Below, piece by piece: positions 40,574-59,505 of a stretch of 64,000 nucleotides of DNA; positions within the stretch are counted from its first letter, which is position 1, and every line of letters begins with the position of its first letter. Both the position numbers and the translations under genes were made by a program. Origin of the DNA: the human T2T-CHM13v2.0 reference genome, Homo sapiens; assembly GCF_009914755.1 (NCBI RefSeq), contig NC_060931.1, one strand, 5' to 3'. The notes under the pieces are model-generated. The model made no database searches. It was not told the origin of the DNA and was given only the letters and a program-made list of their open reading frames with translations.

Positions 40574-41164
40574 TGAAGAGATGACATAGGAGATCCCTTC
40601 CCCACAAGTCAGATGCATTTTACAAGCCCTTGAATGATGGTGCTGGCAGAGGTACTGCAGATAGAAAAGGCCAGTCCATTTCTGGTGTAGTACCAATTAG
40701 AGTAAGACAAATCAATGCCCCCCTCTGGGATGAAAGGCGGCCAGTGTAATCAACTTACCCCCAAGAGGCTGACTGGGCTCTTCAAAGGATCGCACTGTAT
40801 CATGGGTCATTCAGTTCAGGCATTCAGTAACAGCAGTAAATATATCAGCCTTGCTGAGAGTGAGCTCACGCCATCGTGCCCATGTGTAGCCTTCAGTCCT
40901 GCGCGTGGCCATTCTGCTGATGGACCAATTGCACAATCACTGGAATGGCTTAGGACAGACACTGTGTGACCTCCATAGAGAAGCTATCTTTTTTGTTGTT
41001 TTGTTTTTTTGTTTTTTGAGACAAGGGCTCACTCTGTCACCCAAGCTGGAGGGCAGTGGTGTGATAATCACTTTTGGAGGCTGAGGCAGGAGGATCACAT
41101 GAGCTCAGGGGTTCGAGACCAGCCTGGACAACAGAGCAAGACACCATCTCTACAGAAAATTTAA

Positions 41165-41492
<328 letters not shown>

Positions 41493-42032
41493 TTAGCCAG
41501 GCGTGGTGATGTGCTCCTGTAGTCCCAGCTACTCAGGAGGCTGAGTTGGGAGGTTCACTTGAGCCCAGGAGGTTGAGGCTGCAGTGAGTTATGATTGCAC
41601 CACTGCCCTCCAGCCTGGATGACACAGCGAGACTCTGTCTCAAAAATAATAATAATAAGTAAACCAATAAATAAAAAGAAGTGTGGGGGCTTCAACCACA
41701 TTGGCCTCTGGGTTTTCAAAAACCTGTCACCCCAAGCCTTGGCCTTATGGTGAGCAGGGCAGATTTACAGGCCCGAGCTGCCTCAGAGGGCACAAGGAGC
41801 TAAAGGCTGAACTCCTCACCAAAGCAACTCAGACAATGGAGGGTTAGCTCCCCTGCAACCTGGCAAATCCACACTGTAAATTAGGTCAAGTTTATTGAGG
41901 TACAATGTTCATATGATTAAATCCACCCTTTTAAAGTATATGGTTCAAGTCCAGGCACAGTGGCTCACACCTGTAATCCCAGGACTCTGGTTTGAGACCA
42001 GCTTGGGCAACATAGTGAGACCCCCATCTCTA

Positions 42033-42314
<282 letters not shown>

Positions 42315-43957
42315 TTATGCAGAGAGGCCAGGTGCAGTGGATCATGCCTATAATCCCAGTGCTTTGGGATTCTGGGGATAGAAGGATCACTGGAAGCCAG
42401 GAGTTTGAGACCAGCCTGGGCAATACAGCAAGACATCATCTCTACAAAAATAATAATAATAATAAAGTAAAAATAGCCAGGTGTGGTGGTGTGCACCAAT
42501 AGTCCCAGCTATTCAGGAGGCTGTGGCAGGAGGATCACTGAAGCCCAGGAGTTTGAGGCTGCAATGGGCTATGGTCACGCCACTGCGCTCCAGTCTAGGC
42601 AACAGAGTGAGACACCATCTCAAAAGAAGGAAAGAAGGTAGGAAGGGAGGAAGGGAGGAAGGGAGGGAGGGAGGGAGGGAGGGGAAAAAATATCTATTAC
42701 CCAAGAAAGTTCCCTGAGGCCCTCCCAGGTCAGTCCCGTCCTCCTACTTGGCCCATGGCAACTGCTGATCTGTTTTCCATCCCTATCATTTTGGCTTTTC
42801 CAGAACATCAAGTAAATGGAACCATTCAGGTTGTGGCCTTCTATTAATAGATCTGACTTCACTCACTAAACATAATGCATCTGAGATCCATCCACGTTAT
42901 TGCAAGCCTCAAGAGGTCCTTCCTTCCTTTTTCTTTTTTCTTTTTCTTTTTTTTTTTTTTGAGATGGAGACTCACTCTGTCGCCCAGGCTGGAGTGCAGT
43001 GGCACGAGCTCGGCTCACTGCAAGCTCCGCCTCCCGGGTTCACGCCATTCTCCTGCCTCAGCCTCCTGAATAGCTGGGACTATTGGTGCACACCACCACA
43101 CCTGGCTAATTTTTTTGTATTTTTAGTAGAGACTGGGTTTCACCCTGTTAGCCAGGATGGTCTTGATCTCCTGACCTCGTGATCTGCCCGCCTCGGCCTC
43201 CAAAAGTGCTGGGATTACAGGCATGAGCCACCACACCTGGTCCCCTTTTTTTTTGAGATGGGGTCTCACTGTCGCCCAGGCTGAGTGCAGTGGTATGATA
43301 TCTTAATCCACCTTCTTAATCCGACTCACTGCAACCTCCGCCTCCTGGGTTCAAGCAATCCTCCTGCCTCAGCCTTCCAAGTACCTGAGATTACAGGTGC
43401 ACACCACCATGCCCAGCTAATTTTTGTATTTTTAGTAGAGATAGGCTTTCATCTTGTTGGCCAGGCTGGTCTTGAACTCCCGGCCTCAAGTGATCCTCCC
43501 TCTTCAGCCTCCTAAAGTGCTGGGATTACAGTCATGAGCCACCGCACTCAGCAAAAGCTCCTTCCTTTTATTGCTAAGTAGTATTTCCCTGTAGGTCTAG
43601 ATCTCAATTTGATGGACATATGGGTTGTTTCCAGTTTTTGGCAATTATGAATCAAGCTACTGTTTGTATTTGCATACAGGTCAGTCAGTGGACATATATT
43701 TTCATTTCTCTAGTTTGAGACCAGCCTGGGTAACGAGAGTGAAACTCTGTCTCAAAAAAAAAAAGAAAAGAAAAGAAAAAGAAAAAGAAAAAAGAAAAAA
43801 AACCCTGCTGTTTTAGTACTTAAAGTATCAACCACTACTCAAAGAATTGAGATAGGAGTACCCACTCGTCTAGGGTAATCAACCATCCTGGCTTGCCCAA
43901 GATTCTCCTGGTTTTAGCACTGAAGGTCCCACTTTCTGGGAAACCCTTCAGTCCTAG

Positions 43958-44155
<198 letters not shown>

Positions 44156-44562
44156 TAATTTTTTTTGTATTTTTAGTAGAGACGGAGTTTCACCATGTTG
44201 GCCAGGCTGGTCTCGAACTCCTGACCTCAGATCATCCACCTGCCTCGGCCTCCCAAAGTGCTGGGATTACAGGCGTGAGCCATGTTATTGAATGTCAGGC
44301 TCTGCTGGACACTGCATGTCCAAACGTCATTTTACCCATGTGCCAGCGACAAGGTAGATTCGCTTGTACCAATTTTGCACATAAGGAAACAGCCTTAGAG
44401 AGGTTAGGTTGCTTGTGCAAGCCCAGGGTAGGTGGCACCCAGTCTGCCAGTCTGCAACGCACTGGTATCTTCCAGCCAGTAGACCTTGCTCCCTGGGTGC
44501 CCAGTTCTGGATCTCAGGAAAGGTGGATTAAGGCTCCTAGTGGCGGGACCTGGGTGGGGATT

Positions 44563-44580
44563 TGCTGCCCTCTGGTGGCA
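44563..44580 (-). promoter_or_regulatory. Candidate CTCF site TGCCACCAGAGGGCAGCA
   Basis: Close match to the CTCF core consensus CCAS(C/T)AGRKGGCRS; motif evidence only. Confidence 0.6.
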
Positions 44581-44922
44581 GAAGGGACATCACCCTGGGT
44601 GTGAGACTTGTGGGCATCTGTGAGGCGGCCTTTCATCCCAGGGAGCCGGACCTCAAATCTGACCTCAGCCCCAGGAAGGTGCCACCAGGAAGGTGCCACC
44701 TAGGAGGGTGCCACCAGGGTTCCCGCCAGGGTCTGCTGGGGCCCTGTCCCATCTGTCTGTGAGTCACATAATCACTCAGGCTGTCACAGACCCAGGGCTA
44801 GACTGCTGGGTTTGAGTCTGTGTGGCCCTGAGCCTATTGCTTTCTCCTCTGGGCCTCAGTTCCATTTCAGTAAAATCAGGATGATAGCCTGGGCAACATA
44901 GCAAGACTCCAGCTCTACCAAA

Positions 44923-44957
<35 letters not shown>

Positions 44958-45027
44958 AATATTAGGCTGGGCAAGGTGGCTCACGCCTGTAATCCCAGCA
45001 CTTTGGGAAGCTGAGGCGGGTGGATCA

Positions 45028-45388
<361 letters not shown>

Positions 45389-46424
45389 TTAGCTGGGCAT
45401 AGTGGTACCTGCCTGTAGCCCTAGCTTTTCTGGACACTGAGTCAGGAGGATCCCTTGAGCCCAGGAGTTCGAGGCTGCAGTTAGCTATACTGGCACCACC
45501 GCACTCCAGCCTGGTGACAGAGTGAGACCCCGTCTATTGAAAAACATATATCTGCTGATAAATATGTCCACAATTTAGACCAGACTTAGACACTGAAGTT
45601 ATTACCAGCTCCTTCACACCCACATGCCTTAACTCTCTCTTGCCTTCATGCATTCCTTCACTCCATTCATTCGCTTAACTTTCATCCAGCAGATATCTGC
45701 CAAGCACCAGCTCTGTGACAGACACTGAGGCTGGGGGTGCCAGGGAGACCTTTACCAACCGGACAGACACTGCCCCGCACTCCTGGCTCTGTGGCTTTCT
45801 GATAGTCCGTGGCCTCACATGTTCATTTATTAAGTGTCCTTTTATTGATTGAGTCTTCATTCATTCTTTCTCTTAATGTCCTTATTCATTCATTCATCCA
45901 TCACTTGCTCATCTCACTGACACATCTATTCAGTCTTCATATATGTTTTCATTCCTTTATTCTCCAAGCATCCTGGAAGTACCCACTCTACACCATGCCA
46001 GGGTTAGATGCTGGGATTCTGGCCCAGCCCACCACACTGCCAAGCCCATGGGGACACAGATGGTGAGGACATAGTGGTAACTACTTCACCAGTTATTGGG
46101 ATTCAGAGCTGGGAGAGCACCAAGAAGGGAGGAATTCACTTCCTGGAAGTGAGGGGTGGGAGAGGCAATCTGAGAAGGCTTCTTGGAGGAGGTAGCATTT
46201 TGGCCAAGTTGAGAAGCCTGTATGGGAGTTCTCCAAGGAGGAAAAGATGCTTTGTTTTGTAGACAAAAACCTTCGTTCTGTGGAGTGTTTGGAGAAAAGT
46301 GAGGTACTGGTTGCTAATGTGTGTGATCCTGGGTGAGTTTGTGTGCATGGCCCCAGCCAGGCCAAGCCCTCCCCAGGTTCCAGTGACAGACCTGGGCCAC
46401 TAAGGACCCTTAATTCCACCCTGA

Positions 46425-48243
<1,819 letters not shown>

Positions 48244-48495
48244 TGATCTGCCCATCTCGGCCTCCCAAAACGTTGGGATTACACGTGTGAGCCACCATGC
48301 CGGGCCTTTTCTGTTTCTCAATGTCAACTAAACAAAAAATCAGGCTTTTAAAAAATTAAGGTTGGTTTTTTGCAATCTTACTGAGGACTGTAACCAGGGA
48401 AAGTCTTTCACAGAGTTTGTTAAACTGCTCCAAAACAGAGTTTCAGCACACATTTATATATTTATATTTATATACAGTTTATATAAAAACATTTA

Positions 48496-48711
<216 letters not shown>

Positions 48712-49659
48712 TCAGGAGACTGAAGCAGGAGGATCACTTGAACCTGGGAGGCAGAGGCTGCAGTCAGCCGAGATTGCATCACTGAGCTCTAGCCTGGGGG
48801 ACAGAGTGAGACTCTGTCTCAAAAAAAAAAAAAAAAAAGTTATATCTAATGTGCTCAGAAGTTAACAATAGAGCAAAATTTCATCAAGGCTGTGTGTGAG
48901 GGTATTATCTAGTTACAGATTACAGAGGCTTGGCTGGGCATGGTGACTTAACACCTATAATTTCAGCACTTTGGGAGGCCCAGGCAGGAGGATCGCTTGA
49001 GCCCAGGAGTTCAAGACCAGCCTGGGCATCACAGCAACACCTTGTCTCTGCAAAAAATAAAAATAAAAAATTAACTGGGTGTGGTGGCATGCGCCTGTAG
49101 TCTCAGCTACTCAGGAGGCTGAGGTGGGAGGAGTGCCTGAACCCGGGAGTTCAAGGCAGCAGTGACCTATGATCGAGCCCCTGCACTCCAGCCTGGGCAA
49201 CCAAGCGAGACCCTGTCTCTAAAAAAAAAAAAAAAGTTATAGAAGCATAATCATTAATCCCGTCAGAGATTATGTACAGGAAGAGGCAGGGGCTAGGATC
49301 ATTGAACTTGTCTTTTCTAAAAATGCAGTGTTCAGGCAAGAGAGGTGGAAACCTGTGTTCTCTCTCGCTCTTCCCAGCTTATTGTTCAGGGCGTTATTGG
49401 AGAGGGCTGCGCTCAGTCACCGAGTCACGGCCTTTGTGAAATCCTGCTCGCAAGCAGAATGAGCAGACATGGTTCCTTAGGTTTATTACTGTGCCTCACA
49501 CTACGAGACGGTCATTCATTGGCAGAGGTGTATTTGCGGGGGGCCAGGTATAGAGTAATTCAAGGCGGACAAAGGAGGAATGTCCCAGTCTTCAGGAAGC
49601 TCAGTGACATGTTTGCGCTGTCTTATGTAAACAGGAGATTGTCAGAAATGGAGGAGGGG

Positions 49660-50330
49660 GCACCAGATCCAAGGAAGTGCCCGGACAAAGCCGGGAGGCG
49701 AGGAGAGCCGACGGGGAGGAGGTGCCGAGAGCATCAGCGGGGCTGCTCGGTGGCAGGAAGACGCCCGCGGGGACTGGAGAGGTCGGCTAGGGCCAGGCTA
49801 CTCAGGCACGGAGGGCCACCTCCCCTTCAGGGACGTGAGCATCTAGCTGCACTGATTTGTTGTTCAGGAACAGGAAATGAAACCCCGCAGCTTTGAACAC
49901 AATAACCCACGCCAGCCTCAGGCTCATGAATATTCAGCAGGCTGCTTGCGCCTTGCAACCCCGCCTCCGTTCCCCTCTGCGGAGACTGCGTATGCGTCGC
50001 CGGCGCGCGGCTGTGTCGTCATACTTGCGCGCCGACGCCGCCGCTCGCTTGTGAAACTGGAAGGCTGCCATGGCTAGCCCAGCCGCCGCCTCGGTGCGAC
50101 CACCGAGGCCCAAGAAAGAGCCGCAGACGCTCGTCATCCCCAAGAATGCGGCGGAGGAGCAGAAGCTCAAGCTGGAGCGGCTCATGAAGAACCCGGTGAG
50201 ACGAGGCCCAGGCTCCACGGCCCGTCCGAGGCCCACCCCCTTCCTCTGCAGCGCTTCAGGGTTCCCGCAGGTCCACCTTCCCCGCCTCCAAACTCAGAAA
50301 CTCAGTATCCGACCCTCCAAGAGCAGTCTT
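49660..50330 (+). promoter_or_regulatory. PRKRIP1: PRKRIP1 CpG-island promoter
   Basis: CpG-dense region around exon 1; NRF1-like TGCGTATGCG at ~49987. Confidence 0.8.
50070..50195 (+). CDS. PRKRIP1: PRKR-interacting protein 1, exon 1 ([19 protein letters not shown]...LMKNP)
   Basis: Kozak GCCATGG; 126 nt; CCG|GTGAG donor. Confidence 0.95.
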
Positions 50331-51040
50331 TGGGGAGGAGGAGGAGAAGGAGGCTGTCCCGGAGATAGTGAACTTCCCGTCTGTCCTTGTGTGAGAGCCC
50401 AGCTTGAATCAAAGCACGGTGGAGCGGCTTCCCGTGCTCCAAGACCCCTTCTGGTTTAACTTTCTGTGAACAAAAAGCGTTAGACTGAAAAGGTAGAATT
50501 TGTGGGTTAGCAAAAGGGTATACTCTAAACAACACTGATCGTTAGAGAGACAGTGGCCGAGACGTTTGGAGCTGGTCACTCCTCTCCCGCTCACACCCCC
50601 TCTGGGCCTCGGTCCCCTCAATCATAAAAACAATTGAACGGGAACGTCCTTTATACCTTTAACTAGAAAAGCTTGACTCTTCTTATCTAGTAGTGTTAAA
50701 GTTGGCGGTTTCTAGCTGGAAACTATGGCTTAGGTTTTTCAGTTCTGCTCTGGAAAGCGTAGCCCTGGGAAGGTGTGGACTGTGTTATACCCAAGAGTAC
50801 ATAGGATGAAAAAAGCCACGACAGAGGGAAGAACACAAAATCAGCTCTGTGTCCAAGTAGCAAAGCAGTCCTGCTTCATTAGTCAATTAAAATTCTTTGG
50901 TCTTAAGAGATGTAACTTGGGCTGGGTGCTGTGGCCCCTGCCTGTAATTTCAGCGCTTTGGGAGGCCAGGCAGGAGGATGGTCCGAGGCCAGGAAGGAGT
51001 TCAAGACCAGCCTGGGCAACATAGTGGGTCCCTGTCTTTA

Positions 51041-51202
<162 letters not shown>

Positions 51203-51277
51203 CTAAAAAAAGAGAGGGAGATATATAATTTTGTCAACAGGTTTATACTTAAATGCTTTCATGTTTAAATGTTGCAG

Positions 51278-51356
51278 GACAAAGCAGTTCCAATTCCAGA
51301 GAAAATGAGTGAATGGGCACCTCGACCTCCCCCAGAATTTGTCCGAGATGTCATGG
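51278..51356 (+). CDS. PRKRIP1: PRKRIP1 exon 2 ([26 protein letters not shown]), 79 nt, phase 0-1
   Basis: ttgcAG acceptor, G|GTAA donor. Confidence 0.95.
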
Positions 51357-51364
51357 GTAATGGC

Positions 51365-51392
<28 letters not shown>
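51365..51392 (+). repeat. (TG)14 microsatellite starting at intron position +9 after PRKRIP1 exon 2
   Basis: Read directly from the sequence. Confidence 0.95.
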
Positions 51393-51397
<5 letters not shown>

Positions 51398-51419
51398 ATA
51401 ATTTTTTAAGGTAGCTATA

Positions 51420-51779
<360 letters not shown>

Positions 51780-52325
51780 TCACATGTTCGTGTTTTGCTT
51801 TTACAATGACGGGGATATAGTTGCTTTTATTTGTTTTTCATTTGACATTGGTAAATTTAGCTTAAGGGCTATAGTTGCTTATGGTTTGGCACTATAGAAT
51901 TTTCTCCTGCAGTATTGCGGTTTTTTTTGTTTTTGTTTTTGTTTTTCTTTTGGAGACAGAGTCTCACTCTGTCACCCAGGCTGTAGTGCAGTGACACCAT
52001 CTCGGCTCACTGCAACCTCCGCCTTCCGGGTTCAAGCGATTCTCCTGCCTTAGCCTCCTGAGTAGCTAGGACTACAGGCCCGTGCCACCATGCCTGGCTG
52101 ATTGTATTATTTTTAGTAGAGACTGGGTTTCACTATGTTGGCCAGGCTGGTCTTGAACTCCTGACCTCAGGTGATCCGCCTGCCTCAGCCTCCCAAAATG
52201 CTAGGATTACAGCTGTGAACCACAGTGCCCGGCCATCTCCTGCATTATTCTTAATAACGCATTGTGGTTTTTTTGTAAATAAAAATAGTTTTATTATTTT
52301 GTTGGATCATAAATTAACATATCTA

Positions 52326-52804
<479 letters not shown>

Positions 52805-53197
52805 TTACAAAAATATGATTGTTCTACATATACAACTTTGTAAGCACCTTTATTTCATTTAATGTATCATGGATGTCTTTTCAACTCACTAGAAATTTAG
52901 CGTGTCAAATGTGAAATCATGGAGGAGGTGAGAAAGTCACTTAACCACAGTCTGCCCCTCCTGATACTGCATTTGAGTGGGATTTTTAGTGACTTTACAT
53001 TCAACATTCATAGAACAAATAATTCACGACATCTACAATATGCCAGGTACTGGGCCAGTTCTGGATACAGTGGGGAGAAAGGAAGGCATGGTCCCTTCCA
53101 CGACTTCCACTTTTTGTTTCTTTAGTCACCCTCGATTAAGGGTGACCTGTGTTGGTAACTGAATTTCATCTAGAACTGTGGACTGTTCTGGCTACAG

Positions 53198-53298
53198 GTT
53201 CAAGTGCTGGGGCCGGCAGTGGAGAGTTCCACGTGTACAGACATCTGCGCCGGAGAGAATATCAGCGACAGGACTACATGGATGCCATGGCTGAGAAG
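53198..53298 (+). CDS. PRKRIP1: PRKRIP1 exon 3 ([34 protein letters not shown]), 101 nt, phase 1-0
   Basis: Conserved [14 protein letters not shown] motif (DUF1168 family); AG/GT intact. Confidence 0.96.
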
Positions 53299-53512
53299 GT
53301 CAGTGAGCCAGAAGGCTGGCTGAGCCCCCATGTTTGGGCAGTGTGCGTGTACTTTCTTTAGAAAAAAGCATTTGAAGAGGCTGGGCGTGGTGGCTCAGGC
53401 CTGTAATCCCAGCACTTTGGAAGGCCGAGGCAGGGGATCACCTGAGGTCGGGAGTTTGAGACCAGCCTGACCAACATGGAGAAACTCTGTCTCTACTAAA
53501 AATACAAAATTA

Positions 53513-53740
<228 letters not shown>

Positions 53741-54451
53741 CTACGGACAGCACGAAATGCAGAGTCTCTACTAAAAATACAAAACCCCGTCTCTACTAAA
53801 AATACAAAAATTAACTGGGCGTGGTGGTGGGCAACTGTAGTCCCAGCTACTTAGGAGGCTGAGGCAGGAGAATTGCTGGAACGTGGGAGGTGGAGGTTGC
53901 AGTGAGCCTAGATTGCACCATTGCATGCCAGCCTGGGCGACAGAGTGAAACTCCATCTCAAAAAAAGGAAAAAAAAAATAACACCAAGAAATAATCATAA
54001 AATATTGTAATATTTAGCCATAAAAAGGAACAAACTACTGATCTGTACAGCAACTGGGATGAATCTTTAAACATGGTGAGTAAAAGAAGCCTTGCACGAA
54101 AGAGACCATATTGTGTAATTTCATTTATATGACGTTTTAGAGCAGGTACAATTAGTTTGTGTGAGAAAAAAAAACTGGTTATCTGGTTGGGGTCACGGTT
54201 GACTGGGAAAAGACGTATGAGGGGACTTTCTGGGGTGATCAAACTGTACACTCGAGATCTGGGCATTTGGTTCTGTGTAGATACTAACTTTATTTATTAT
54301 TTTGAGATGGAGTTTTGCTCTTGTTGCCCAGGCTGAGAGCAGTGGGGTGATCTTGGCTCACTGCAACCTCCACCTCCCAGTTTCAAGTGGTTCTCCTGCC
54401 TCAGCTTCCTGAGTAGCTGGGACTATAGGCACAACCCCCATGCCTGGCTAA

Positions 54452-54697
<246 letters not shown>

Positions 54698-55222
54698 TGA
54701 AATGCACCAAAACAAACAAACAAAAAAATGATGAATTAGTGGAGGAATAGATGTATGAGTAGAGCTCTGGAAGGGAGGAATCATAATTTTCCCCATTTTA
54801 TAGATGAGGAAAATGAGGCTTGGAAACAGGACTGCTGGGAAGACATAATACAGTGCATACCAATAGAGGTATGGATAGATCGATAGGTGTGTGATAAAGA
54901 AAATCCAGCACAACAGGAATTGTTGAGTCAAAGAGCAGTGGATATATCTGCTGTATAATTCTTTTAACTTTTCTGTTTGAAATTTTCAAAATAAAACATT
55001 AGGGAAAATTTAAACCAAAGAGACAGCCAGGATACAGAAGAAAATATGTAAGAATTTATTGGAATGGCCAAAATTGAGTTAGAAAAAATTCTGCTTTGGG
55101 GGGCCAGCCGTGGTGGCTCATGCCTGTAATCCCAGCACTTTAGGAGGCCAAGGTGGGTGGATCACTTGAGGTCAGGATTTCAAGACCAGCCTGGCCAACA
55201 TGGTGAGACCCCATCTCTACTA

Positions 55223-56143
<921 letters not shown>

Positions 56144-58247
56144 CTACTATCAGAAGAAACACTTTTATAAACTATTTTAGAGGGGAGGACATAGAGTAGG
56201 TTGCTGTCTCAAACACTATAAATTCGTCTGAAGTTTTTATGTATTGATTCAAGATTCAGAGAAAATACAGAAAAATGTTTCACAAACCTTGGCCTCTATG
56301 CAAATGCAAAGATTCTTATTTTGGATGGCAAAAGACAGTCTCTGAGATTTAAAAAAAAGGCAAGCGCGTCCTCATTTTTTAGTGACAGATCACCTCCATC
56401 AGAGCCCAGTCCCACTCACCCCTGCTTGAGACATTGCCTCTGCCAGGTGCGGCAGCCAGCGGGGGCTCTGTTTAGTTCACTTGCTGGTAAATTTGGCTTC
56501 TTCAGCAGCACAGAGTAAGACATTCACGGCTCAGCTTTTTTTTTTTCTCTGAGACAGAGTCTCACTCTGTCACCCAGGCTGGAGTGTAATCTTGGCTTGC
56601 TGCAGCCTCTGCCTCCTGGGTTCAAGCAATTCTAGTGTCTCAGCCTCCCGAGTACCTGGGATTACAGGTGCCTGCCACCTGGCCTGGCTAATTTTTGTAT
56701 TTTTAGTAGAGACAGGGTTTCACCATGTTGCCCACACTGGTCTCGAACTCTGGACCTCAGGTGATCTGCCCACCTCAGCTTCCCAGTGTGCTGGGATTAC
56801 AGGAGTGAGCCACCGCACCCGGACTTCACAGCTCAGCTTCTAAGCAAATCAGATCTTTTAGATTTAAGTCATTTGCTTTTTGGTTGTCCAGAAAGTTGAT
56901 TAATTAAAGTTGATTTCCTTCCTGAAGGAATATTTTCTGCCCTCAGAGAGAGGGCTTGTTTGGTTTGGTTTCTGTGCCACTGTAAGCAGATGCGTACAGC
57001 CCTGGCGGTGCAGACCAGCAGAGGTGTTGAAGGCACCTCTTCCTCCTTTGCCGGCTCCTTATTTTTTGCTCCATTGACCTTTATGGCTGTGACTGGAAGA
57101 AACAAGAGATGACACTTTGAATCAGTAGATGTCTTTGTAGTTTACAGGTGGTTTTCTATTTTTTTTGAGACAGTCTCCCTCTGCCGCCTAGACTGGTGTG
57201 CAGTGGCGCAATTTCCGGTCTCTGCAACCTCTGCCTCTTGGGTTCAAGTGATTCTCCTGTCTCAGCCTCCTGAGTATCAGCCTCCCAAAGTACTGGGATT
57301 ACAGGCATGAGCCATTGTGCCCAAACCCTTATTTCATTATTGTTCCTAACAGCTCTGGGAGAGAGGAATTACAATTTTCCCCATTTTATAGATGAGTAGA
57401 CTGAGGCTTGGAGACAGAACTGCTGAGAAGAAGTAATGCAGTACTTACAAATATCTGTGTGGGTGTGGGTGTGTGCTTAGCAGCAGGTCATGGCAGCAGA
57501 TGGCGTGTGTTACGCTGCTTTAGAATCAGTCATTTGGTGGCTGGGCACAGTGGCCTGTAATCTCAGCACTTTGGGAGGCTGAGGTGGGAGGATCCTTTCA
57601 GGCCAGGAATTTAAAACCAGCCTGGACAACATAGCCAGACCTGTCTCTACAAAATAAACATAAAAATTAGCCAGATGTAATGGCATGCACCCATAGTCCC
57701 AAGTACTCAGGAGACTGAGACAGGACGATCTATCAAGCCCAGGAGTTCAAGGTTGTAGTGAGCTATTGTGCCACTGCACTCCAGCCTAGGCGACAGAGTA
57801 AGACCTTGTCTCAAAACAAAAACAAAAAAACTCAGCCATTTGGTAACTATGGTTGGGCTTAGGGCTTGAAAATTCCATGGTTCTGACCCTCCGGCCATTC
57901 ATTCTGATGAGCTCTGGGCAGTATCCAAGGCCCCGGCTGAGCAGATGGTGAGCGCTGCCCTCAGAGTGTCCTCTGCACTCCCTCCTGTATTGTCTCCTAT
58001 ATTGTGCTATGCATGAGTGGTGCCTCAGTCAACTAAAAGAGTTACTTCGCCATCGGAGACCTATGTATTGATTACCTGCCCTGCCTCTGGGACAGCCTTT
58101 TAAAGTTAAAATGGCCCTGGGGACCCGGGTAGTGCCTCCGTCACCCCCAGTGGTGTGACTTCTAGAACTCTCCTACTTTGCCTGAGCAAAACCTCCCACA
58201 GTCTGCCCAGACCAGAGCGTGTCTAAATGATGTGGGTTTTGTTGCAG

Positions 58248-58333
58248 CAAAAATTGGATGCAGAGTTTCAGAAAAGACTGGAAAAGAATAAAATTGCTGC
58301 AGAGGAGCAGACCGCAAAGCGCCGGAAGAAGCG
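58248..58333 (+). CDS. PRKRIP1: PRKRIP1 exon 4 ([28 protein letters not shown]), 86 nt
   Basis: Manual translation; AG acceptor and GTAAG donor. Confidence 0.95.
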
Positions 58334-58471
58334 GTAAGCGGCATGGCCTAACTGTGATGACACTTAAGGGCCAGGGGTGGTGGCTGGGTGAGCTGTCCTT
58401 GCAGTCAGTAGTAGTTCCTCTGCATGACCTGTAGGGGTCATGAATGTAGAGCAATGACTTCTACTACCTGA

Positions 58472-59009
<538 letters not shown>

Positions 59010-59391
59010 TAAGTGGTCTCTCAACTTTTACAATGAGAGCTGAGGAGGATTCTAACAACAGCCCCTAAATATCTTGAAATGAAAAAGCATCTTTAGGGAC
59101 CAGGCATGGTGGCTCACAGTTGTAATCTCAGCACTTTGGGAAGCCAAGGCAGGAGGATCGCTTGAGCCCAGGGGGCTGAGGCTGCAGTGAGTTATGATCG
59201 CACCACTACACTCCAGCCTGGGTGACAAAGTGCAACCCTGTCTCTACAATAATAATAAAAAAAATTTTTTTTAAAAAAGCACCCCTGTTATTTCTGAGGT
59301 TGCTTTGCCTCAGGGCTCCCTGGGATTTGCTCTTGAATCCTAATGAAAGCAGCTGATAAGGACGGACTGGCAGAGTCATGCAAAAGTTTTG

Positions 59392-59505
59392 GTTGGTGCA
59401 AAAGTAACTGCAGTTTTGGACCGTGAATTTTAGATCATTGTAACTAGGCTCAAACCATGTTTATTGATCAGAATAGGAACCATTACAATCAACACATTTT
59501 CACCA
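59392..59505 (-). ncRNA. MIR548O: miR-548o precursor locus; mature CCAAAACUGCAGUUACUUUUGC = reverse complement of 59398-59419
   Basis: Exact match to the recalled mature miR-548o; derived from the Hsmar1 TIR. Confidence 0.8.

Noticed and set aside
49345-49896. 183-aa ORF upstream of PRKRIP1
   Set aside because: Non-ATG start, spans repeat-like and promoter DNA, no homology recognised
51241-51277. Upstream AG (51239-51240) as an alternative acceptor putting KRAB-B in frame with PRKRIP1 exon 2
   Set aside because: It adds 37 nt, which still leaves the join out of frame
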